A stretch of 64,000 nt of DNA. Source: Octopus sinensis. Lineage: Eukaryota. This document shows, one piece after another, positions 54,440 through 64,000 of this stretch. The DNA is taken from positions 61,504,001 to 61,568,000 of the forward strand of contig NC_043007.1 of NCBI RefSeq assembly GCF_006345805.1, written 5' to 3'. Positions within the stretch are counted from its first letter, which is position 1. The number at the start of each line of letters is the position of its first letter. The translations under genes and the position numbers were made by a program. The notes below the pieces were generated by a model. That model was not told the DNA's origin and searched no databases. It worked only from the letters and a program-made list of their open reading frames with translations.

Positions 54440-56640
54440 ATAATAATACTAATAATAAAATTCCCAAATTGGAAGAGCCTAGAATCTGATGGAGGTCCAA
54501 AGTTATTGGATAAAGAAGCTGAGAGGGCTCCTTGAAAGGATAGCTCAACAGCTAGATGAAAGCTTGCAGGAAGGCGTAGTACTCAGCTGGATGACAAAGG
54601 GAAAGACATTGTTATGTGCCAAGGATCCCGAAAAGGGAAATGTTGTATTCAACTTTCGTTCATAACGTGTCTACCGCTAATGTGGAAACTAATGTCAGGT
54701 GCTTTGGCCGGTGAACTGAATAGATACTTAGAAAAAGTGGGATGCTACCTATTGAGCAGAAAGGGTGCCGAAAGAGGAGCCGGCGAACGAAGGATCAGCT
54801 TTTAATTGATAATCTAATTATCAGGAAGTGCAAGAGAAGACGCACAAACCTGAGCCTGGCATGGATTGGCTATCGTAAAGCATAGGATATGATACCACAC
54901 TCCCGGATAATAAAAACAATGGAAATGCATGGAGTAGCAGAAAACTCGAAAAGCCTTATATGGAATAGTATGAAACGTTGGAGAACCGAATTGGCAGCAA
55001 GGAATCAAGTATTAGGAGAGGTGAAAACCAAGAGAGGAATCTTCCAGAAGAACAGTGTGTCCCTACTGATCTTTGTGATGAGAACGATCCTCTTGAGTGA
55101 AATACTACAGAAAACAAATTTGGCGTATGATCCGGGAAGAGGTAAAGAAAAACTGAACCACTTGATATTCGTGAACGACTTGAAGCTATTCACAAAAACT
55201 GAGGCAGAACTGGACATAGCTCAGCCTGTGCGGGTTTTCTCCAATGATATTATAACGGAGTTTGTGCTACGATGGTGATCAGACGAGGAAAACTTGTCAG
55301 GACAGAATGCATATGGTTGCCAAGTGGTGAAATGATGAAGGCAATTCAACCTCAATCCAGCTATAAATACCTGGGAATACGTGAGGCAGATGGAATTAAA
55401 TACAACGAGATGAAGGAAAGGACAAAAAGAGAGCACCTGCGGTGAGTGCGAAAAATATTGGCTTCAAAGCTGAATGCCAAAAATATAATTTCGGCAATAA
55501 ACTCTCGTGCAGTCGCAGTAGTTCGGTATGGCGCTGGAATCCTGAAGTGGACAGAAGAGGAGCTAAAGAAGAGGGACAGAAAGTCAAGAAAGATCTTAAC
55601 AATGCATGGAGCCCATCATCCAATGCAGACACTGATCGCATATACATGAAGAGAGCAAATGGAGGTAGGGGACTGATAAGTATGGAAGACTGCGTACATA
55701 TCGAACTCGAGAGCTTAATGAGATACTTAGTCCAATGTAAGGAAACCTTGCTAGGTGTCAGTTAGGAACGAGGGAATATTGAAAGCAGAAAAAGAAGGAA
55801 AAACAAGGGAAGAAATACAAAAAGGACACGAAGAAGTACGCAACAAGGGACTACATAATCAATTCCATGTAGCCATAACAGAAGTTGCTGAAAAACATAG
55901 GTAGGATTGGCTGAAGAAAGGAACACTAAAAAAGAGACCGAGAGCACTATATGGGTGTACATGACCAATCTTTGGGCACTAACTGGAGGGTCAACCTTAG
56001 GAATGAACAAGTGTTTCCGTTATGCCGCATCAGTAACAGAATGGATGAAACTATTGCCCATATCACGAACGAATGCTCTAGGCTTAACCAAAACCATTAC
56101 AAGTTGTGACGACACGATCAAGTAGCGAAAGTGCTACATTGGAAACTGTGCGAAAATGTGGGGGCTAGAGAGAGGCAAGAAGTGGTATGAGCACAAACTG
56201 CAGAGAGTGGCGGAGTTGGAGACTAGCAAAATCCTCTGGGATTTCCCAATCCAAAAAGATCAGATGTTAGAGCATAACAGACCTGACCTAGTGGTGGTCG
56301 TCAAGATGATAGTTGATGTTGCGTGTCCCTTTGAAAAAAGGTATATATATACAACCCTCTTAAGTATGAAATAGCTCAGCTATGGAAAATGAAGAAGGTG
56401 AAGATAGTGCCAATTGTTGTTGGATCCTTGGGAACAGTATCAGAAGACATCAAGAGGAATATAAAGGAAATTGGAATAGAGTGCCCAGTAGAACTGTTAC
56501 AAAAGGTTTGCCTCTTTGGCATGGCTAGAACAATCAGGAAAGTACTAGACAACTGAAAAGAACGGAGAGCGTGGTACCGTAGGCTACAGATATTAAGCCC
56601 GCTACGCATGCAAGACTCCAGGAGTTCCAGCAAAAATAGT
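54440..56640 (+). mobile_element. R4/Dong-like LINE fragment
   Basis: [53 protein letters not shown]. Confidence 0.8.
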
Positions 56641-56948
56641 AATAATAACGAAGATCGAGAAATATCTCAGAAAAATCGGAATTGACATGAGAGCAGAGCA
56701 AGTCCAAAAAACTGCTCTGGTGGGGACAGCTAGGATTTTAAGATTGGCATTTGGATGTTGAAGGTCTCCCACGATAATCATCCAAGTATCAAAGCTTATA
56801 ATGTGCGGAAAGAGACTCTGCGAGACCTCTTAACAGCAGGCTGCTGCCGCTCTCACAGTATCTATCAGAACAAACAAGACCGAACTTTCTGAGAAGTGAA
56901 ACAACAACGACAACGACGACGACGACGATGATGATGATGCTGCTGCTG

Positions 56949-57014
<66 letters not shown>

Positions 57015-57044
57015 ATAATAATAATAATAATGATAATAATAATA

Positions 57045-57450
57045 AATGCTTTGATGCAGCAGCAGGTACTGGCTCTCATGACTTCTGATCTTAACTGATT
57101 GGAAGTGTTATCATGAACGAGCAGAAGTAGTGGGGGAACATCATAGTCATGTGTTGAGAGGAATTCTTTGGGGTTTGAATGATCAACCCCTGAAAACATG
57201 GGTGTTTTGTTCTACATCCTCATTCAGGGACCTTTTGAGTAGGATGGGCTACTCAACCTGAAGAAAATTCTAACTGGGTTCCACCTTCAAGGTCATGCAC
57301 TGTTTATCTTGATATGTCGCGCACATATGGTTGTGATGCATGTCCCTGGTGTAGCCCTAACAGCCGGGTAGTCACGATGGGTATATTGGGCTTCATATAT
57401 TCGTACCCCAGTGTCACTTTGATGGCATGCACTGCTTTCTCTCTTTCACT
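57045..57450 (+). repeat. (AAT)n-associated dispersed repeat (deleted copy)
   Basis: Collinear with 59125-59690 with internal deletions; joined directly to the LINE at 57465. Confidence 0.7.
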
Positions 57451-57464
57451 CACTCACTCACTCG

Positions 57465-58855
57465 CGAAAAACAGGATCGAAGCGATCAATGCTTTAGTCA
57501 TACCAGTCGTGACTTACAGTTTCAATATCGTTAACTGGTCAATTATTGAAATATGTAATCTTGACAGAAAAATACGAAAACTGCTGACAATGCATAGAAT
57601 GCACCACCCTAAGGCAGATATAGAACTACTTTATCTGCCAAGAAAAGAGGGAGGCCGAGGACTTTTACAACTGGTAATAACAATGAAGATTGCTACAATT
57701 GGCCTAGACACCTACATGAAAAAGTCTGAGGACTGGATGTTAAAACTTGTCTCAAAACATGAAAACAAGAAAGCATCATACTCAGTAACAAAACAGGCAA
57801 AGGAATATCTAAGTGAATTCCGAGTACAACAAATTTCGGAATTAGACATACAAGAAACAAGCACAGAAAAAGCTAAGCGCAGGAAGACCCGCATGTCTTA
57901 GATATTCTGAATGATAATGGCAAGAAAAACCTCTCAATGGCAAATACCCAAAGAGAGCGAATAATGCAGATATTGACAAAGCCCTGACCCATCAATGGCT
58001 AATGACCTCTGGCTTAAAATCTGAAATAGAGGGGTTTATCATAGCAGCTCAAGATCAATGCCTACCAACAAGAAACTACCAGGCCAACATATTAAAGAAC
58101 GGCAGTAGCCCAACATGTGTATGTCAACAACAAAAAGAAACCATTGATCAAGTGCAGTCTTCTAGCGCCTACAGAGTATCTCAACAGGCATGATAGAGCT
58201 GCACAATATATTCACTGGGTAATTTGCAAAAGCCTGGACTTGCCCCATGATAAAAACTGGTGGGAACACAAACCACTTCCAGTGCTTGAAAATGACCACA
58301 TCTCACTCCTCTGGAACTTCACCATTCAAACTGACGGAAAGATAGATGCGAATAGGCCAGACATCATAGTAAAAGACTTCAGACAAAAAACATGCCTCCT
58401 CATTGATATGACTGTCCCAATCGATATAAACGTATCTGCCAAGACCTACCAGAAACTGAGCAAATATAAAGATCTTGAAATAGAAATCAGCAAAATGTGG
58501 AACCTGAAGACTAAAACAATACCTGTTGCCATAGGTGCCCTGGGAATGATAGCGAAATAGGCTGATTACTACCTAACTCAGATACCAGGAAACCCCAAAA
58601 TGGCAGAAATTCACAAGATAGTGCTTACGGGAACTGCTCATATCCTACGCAAAATACTTTCTATGTAATCTCAAGTTTTAAACAAACATAATTTTCGTAT
58701 GTTTTTTTAGGCATTCACTAGTACAACACTAAGTACAAAACCAAATATATGACACCCTAGGCATAACACCAACACGAACTTCCAACTTGTTGTCTCTTGA
58801 GGTCTCTGGGTGAGACTTGGAGCCGGCATGTGCAAATGTAAAGCAAAAGTCAAAC

Positions 58856-58860
<5 letters not shown>
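57465..58860 (+). mobile_element. R4/Dong-like LINE 3' fragment, same subfamily as 42580-43990
   Basis: Near-identical peptides (MHRMHHPKADIELLYLPRK; ANRPDII). Confidence 0.88.
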
Positions 58861-58923
<63 letters not shown>

Positions 58924-59092
58924 CCATGATCCCACACTCATAGATAAGTGAATGTTTTGGCATATTCAGTATAGCAGGCAACATAGCTAGGGTAGTTAGG
59001 AAGGTTCATGGTATCTAAGGTAATAATAATAATAATAATAATAATAAAAATAATAACAACAACAACAACAACAACAACACAACAACAACAAC

Positions 59093-59124
<32 letters not shown>

Positions 59125-59129
<5 letters not shown>

Positions 59130-59683
59130 GCCCTGATGCAGTACCAGGCAGTGGCTCTCATGGCTTCTGATCTTAACTGATTGGAAGTGTTATCATGTAC
59201 ATTGTTTTGTCTTGGTATAAAAGATGGGCTACAGCAAATATTCTGCTCAATACCACAGATTTGCTTGTCAGTTGTTTGACCTTAACCAGTTGAGCATGTC
59301 CCTTAGTGGCTGACGATATGTGCATCTCTGATCACGAGCAGAAGTAGTGGGGGAGCATCATAGCCATGTGTTGAGAGGGATTGTCTGGGGTTTGAATAGT
59401 TCACCTCTGGAAACATGGGTGGTTCTTTCAACATCCTTAAACAACCCTTATTCAGGGACCGTTTGAGCGGGATGGGCTACTCAACCTGAAGAAAATTCTA
59501 ACTGGGCCCCACCTGCAAGGTCATGTGCTGTTTATCTTGATATGAGATCACCATGTCGCGCACATATGGTTGTGATGCATGTGCCTGGTGTACCTTTATC
59601 AGACGGGTAGTCATGATGGGTATATTGGGCTTCGTATATTTTACCCCAGTGTCACTTTGATGGCATGAACTGCTCTCTCACTC

Positions 59684-59723
<40 letters not shown>

Positions 59724-60120
59724 GTAATAACAACAATAACAACAACAGGCAGTGGCTCTCATGGCTTTTCTTCTTAACTAATTGGAAGTGCTATCATGTA
59801 CATTGTTTTGTCTTAGTGTAAAATATGCACTACAGCAAATATTCTGCTCAGTACCACGGATTTGCTTGTCAGTTGTTTGACCATGACCAGTTGAACATGT
59901 CCCTTGGTGGCTGACAATATGTAGATGTCTGATCACGATCAGGAGTAGCGGGGAGCAGCATAGCCATGTGTCAAGAGGAATTCTTTGGGGTTTGAATGAT
60001 TCACATCTGGAAACATGGGTGTTTTGATCATCCTCCTTAAACAAAGCTTATTTAGCGACCTTTTGAGCGGGATGGGCTACTCAGCCAGAAGAAAATTCTA
60101 ACTGGACTCCACCTTCAAGG
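59125..60120 (+). repeat. Two tandem copies of the (AAT)n-associated repeat (59125-59690 full, 59745-60120 partial)
   Basis: Both begin ...GGCAGTGGCTCTCATGGCT...; separated by (AAT)n. Confidence 0.8.
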
Positions 60121-60124
60121 TCCT

Positions 60125-60940
60125 GAAAGACCGAGTCTGATAAACGGCGGCTACACCCGCTCACCGCCAAGGAAGCGCCACTGACTTTTCTTGATTAACA
60201 TTTACTCCTGTCACCGCCTGTTATTCTTCTAGAGCGGTGCTGGTCAGGTCTATGTGCCCGATGTTCGGTACTGTGACGGTGACGTCGTCCGCATATGCCG
60301 ACACGGTTCTCCCAGGTCCTAATTCGCGCGAGATGATTCCAATTTTCGCAGTTGTAGCTTTCAAGCCCGTACGTACAGAAGAGATGCGAGGTAATAACAT
60401 TGATGGACTGAGCGTATGATGCTAAATGGATAACCATTCATCCAAATTATCGATCAAATGTTGCCTACAATGCGGCGATCCAACCACGGGAAACAGGACT
60501 GTAACAGGCCAAAGTGAGGATGGCTGCCAAAAATTGGTCGTCGATCCTATGGAAGGCATTAGATTAACCTAAATTGATCAGGACCCCAATGCCAGCTTCT
60601 TTGTCCACCCCATCTATGATGTATCGCATGAGGTGGAAGTTGACTGGATAGTTCTGCTTGGGTTGGTGCATGTTTACAAATCATCAGTCTATTCCTTGAA
60701 CGACAAGCGCCAACCTCTTTACCGCTCATTGGCCAAATTTTTACGCTCAGCAGCGTTATGAGCCTAAACATTTCTATTTGATACCCCTTGTTTGGATCCT
60801 TTCTCAGCAGTGCCACCGTCCTCGACATAAGATATCTCCCATTCTGCTGCTATTTGCTGTAGATATATGCTAAGAGGTCACCAAACAGGTCTGACAAAAG
60901 TAAAGCTCATAGGGCAGACCATCCAAACCAGGCAGTTTGC
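60125..60940 (-). mobile_element. L1/Tx1-like RT fragment
   Basis: Minus strand SAYADDVTVTVP (YADD) at about 60265-60300; upstream region homologous to 1-420. Confidence 0.8.
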
Positions 60941-61225
60941 CCACCGAGTTGCCCGTCATTGCATCCCGTATTTCTGGAACTGTTATCAGACTTTCGAAAC
61001 GCTCCTCCTTTGTCGAGAGTAATTTTGTTTATCCCCCCCCCCCAGGTCGTGATGTTAATAACTCACAAACATATTTCTGCTCATGCATTTTGAGGATTGG
61101 AAGTGTAGTAGGTCAAGAATATTTTCTGAGAATATGCACTTTCAAGTCTTTTTCAAAATTACAGCCGTTTGATGTAAAATGTTCTGTCGAACTACTGTTA
61201 TCGTGCCTGACGTCATACCTGTGCC

Positions 61226-61370
61226 CAAAACTAGGGGAATTTCATCACATTTACACAAAACTGGGGGAATTTCATCACATTTACACAAAACTGGGGGAAT
61301 TTCATCATATTTACCCAAAACTGGGGGAATTTCATCAAATTTACACAAAACTAGGGGAATTTCATCACAT
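61226..61370. repeat. 30-bp minisatellite, about 5 copies
   Basis: Unit CAAAACTGGGGGAATTTCATCACATTTACA. Confidence 0.9.
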
Positions 61371-62349
61371 CTGATTAAATATTCTTTTCCCTTTTCTCTT
61401 TTCTTTTTTCTCTTTTTTTTTTGCCAGTTGCAAATTTGAAAATTGAAGACTGATTATGTCATTCCATCACCGGGGGAATACTGGTTGCTCTCGTTCAAAT
61501 TTTGGAATTTGAATTTCTATAATTTTGAATTTCTACATATCTCTTTTCCATCTTGAACTCGACAAAGACAGGCAAGCTGTTGAAATATCGTTCATCAATA
61601 AACTATCTCTTGCAATTGCATCGCTCTCTCATATTGTTTATTTACCTTTGTGAAGGGTTACATCAATCCTTTAAAAGATAATGATGATGATGATAATGAT
61701 GATGATGATGAAGATGATGATAACAACAACAAAAACAACGACAACAACAACAAGAGTACTCAGAGAGCGCAAATCTCCGCCAAGGCAACACCAACGCCCT
61801 CTCAACGATTACCCAGCGATGATTTTTAAAATGTGAATATCTAAAATAAACTCGACTGATCTCACAAACGGAAATACTAAAAACTAGCCTGATCGCTCTC
61901 AAAACTTAATTAAAAAAAAAAAAACGGAAAAATAATCCAGAATCCTTGTCCGGTACCTGATCGATTCCAATGGTAGTCATGGAATGTGAAGGTGACAGTA
62001 GAAAATGTAGTAACAGTAATAAATAGTTTATCCTTATCTAATACAAGCCACAGTTAACAAATTCATCATTCAAAATAGTTACAGCTAAAGAGAGATAATT
62101 GAGAAAAAATTGAAAGTTAACGTAAGATCGTAATCATGTAAAGTAAAGTAAATATAACAAATAATCCAGAATCCTTGTCCGGTACCGGATCAATCCTAAA
62201 ATCAAATCAGTCCGTGCCAGTCACGAGGCCACACATCCCTGAAAGTTTCATCCGAATCTAATCTATCCAGCGGTTCTTGAGATATCTTGTCCACGGGAAA
62301 ACAGACACGACTGAAAACTATACCTTGCCTTCGCTAAAGCAGAGGTAAT

Positions 62350-62751
62350 AAATCTGCTCAATACCACAAATTTGCTTTCAGTTGAGCATGTCCCTTAGTG
62401 GCTGACGATATGTGCATCTCTAATCACGAGCAGAAGTAGTGGGGAGCATCACAGCCATGTGTTGAGAGGAATTCTTTGGGATTTGGATAATTCACCTCTG
62501 GAAACATGGGTGTTCCATTCAACATCATCAAACAGTCCTTATTCAGGGATCTTTTGATTGTTGATGGGCTACTCGACCTGAAGAAAATTCTAACTGGAAG
62601 GTCATGCGATATGAGATCACCATATCGTGCACACATGGTTGTGGTGCATGTGCCTGGTGTACCCTTATCAGACGAATAGTCATGATGGATATACTGGGTT
62701 TCATATATTTTACCCCAGTCACTTTGATGACATACGCTGCCCTCTCATACA

Positions 62752-62760
<9 letters not shown>
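62350..62760 (+). repeat. (AAT)n-associated dispersed repeat (partial)
   Basis: Collinear with 59235-59690; ends ACACTG(AAT)n. Confidence 0.75.
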
Positions 62761-62821
<61 letters not shown>

Positions 62822-63333
62822 TTGATGATGATGATAATGACGACGACGACGATGATTTCTTTTATTTGCCACCAAGGCAAATAAAATACGTCAACCATTC
62901 CCGGTTGGCATATTTTTCTGTAATATCTGATTTGCACTTCCTTCCTTCACCCTAACTTTCTATATTTTTCCTGATTGCTAACTAAATATAAACACTTCAT
63001 CCAAATATAAAATTTGTTTAGTTAAATTTCTGATAGAAGAGTTTCTAATAGGAATTTTCCTACATGCCTATCTCGCATGTAAAATTATATAATTCCTGTA
63101 TTCAAATGTAACATGTGTAATGGTGGATAAATAATACCAACAAATTTTCCAACTTCCTGTTTTGTCGTACAATAAAACTGTCAACAATATTTCTAGAATT
63201 TTCAACGTTAGTATGCAACTTGCATCTATACAACGAGAGCAGCTACATATGAGATTGTAATAATGGAATAAACAGATGTGCTCCAAGAAGGCACAAGTGA
63301 GATTTTACCCTACCTACCCAATACATATGTATG

Positions 63334-63367
<34 letters not shown>

Positions 63368-63379
63368 ATGTATGTATGT

Positions 63380-63590
63380 ACGGGTGCGAGTGCTGAAAAA
63401 TTCCTGCCTTTGGTTAACAGCAAACACAAGTAGATCAGTAATGATTTTATTCAACATATTCCCCTCTCAGATTCCCACAGTTATTGCAGCGGTCCTACAG
63501 TTTTTCTTAGCCCTGTAAAATACTCGAAGCTTGGGCTTGTAACTGCACCTTTCGCGATACTCGTAAAACTTTTCAGTACCTCTTCGTCTA
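63380..63590. mobile_element. mariner-type MITE
   Basis: Imperfect TIRs GAGTGCTGAAAAATT / AACTTTTCAGTACCTCTTCG. Confidence 0.45.
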
Positions 63591-63615
63591 CATTTGTATA
63601 TATAATATATATATC

Positions 63616-63647
<32 letters not shown>

Positions 63648-63747
63648 ATCTATATATTATATATATATATATATATATATCATATATGGTATATATATAA
63701 TATATATATATATAGATTATATAATATATGCGTATATATATATACAT

Positions 63748-63778
<31 letters not shown>

Positions 63779-63854
63779 GCGTATTATATATATATAATAT
63801 AATATATTATATATGCGTATATATATTATACATATATATATATATATATATATG

Positions 63855-63887
<33 letters not shown>

Positions 63888-64000
63888 ATAAATATATGTA
63901 TGTATATATATAAATGTATTTATTATATATATGTATGTATGTATGTATTTATAACTATGTACATAATATACACACACACTACACACACACACACACACAG

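Noticed and set aside
61226-61370. CRISPR-like array
   Set aside because: Units are head-to-tail with no unique spacers, in a eukaryotic context.
61755-62350. Possible Helentron/DINE-like element (CTCCGCCAAGG near one end, CCTTCGCTAAAGCAGAGG at the other)
   Set aside because: The terminal structures are too degenerate to call without a consensus.

Overview
Eukaryotic, AT-rich, microsatellite- and transposon-dense genomic DNA. The SINE families and the (AAT)n/(TA)n load resemble an octopus-type cephalopod genome; this is my recognition, not a database result. The main host-gene signal is on the minus strand between 3.86 and 39.0 kb: 13 intact exons plus 1 decayed pseudo-exon. Each intact exon is 141-174 nt, a multiple of 3, bounded by AG/GT in phase 1-1, and encodes one 6-Cys module, C-x-Y-x-G-x2-Y-x2-G-x-T-F-x3-D-x-C-N-x-C-x-C-x3-G-x3-C-T-x3-C (pacifastin-like / half-VWC). 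Spliced together they give 2061 nt, or 687 aa with 78 Cys. I could not identify a start/signal-peptide exon or a terminal exon. The rest of the window is decayed mobile DNA: about 12 R4/Dong-like (RLE) LINE copies in (AAT)n tracts, all on +; L1/Tx1-like and RTE-like LINE fragments; an ORF1-only L1-like insert with a 13-bp TSD; Penelope-like pieces including a minimal hammerhead motif; mariner/Tc1 elements and MITEs; Helitron remnants; and several SINE families. Exon coordinates were read base by base; most TE boundaries are approximate.
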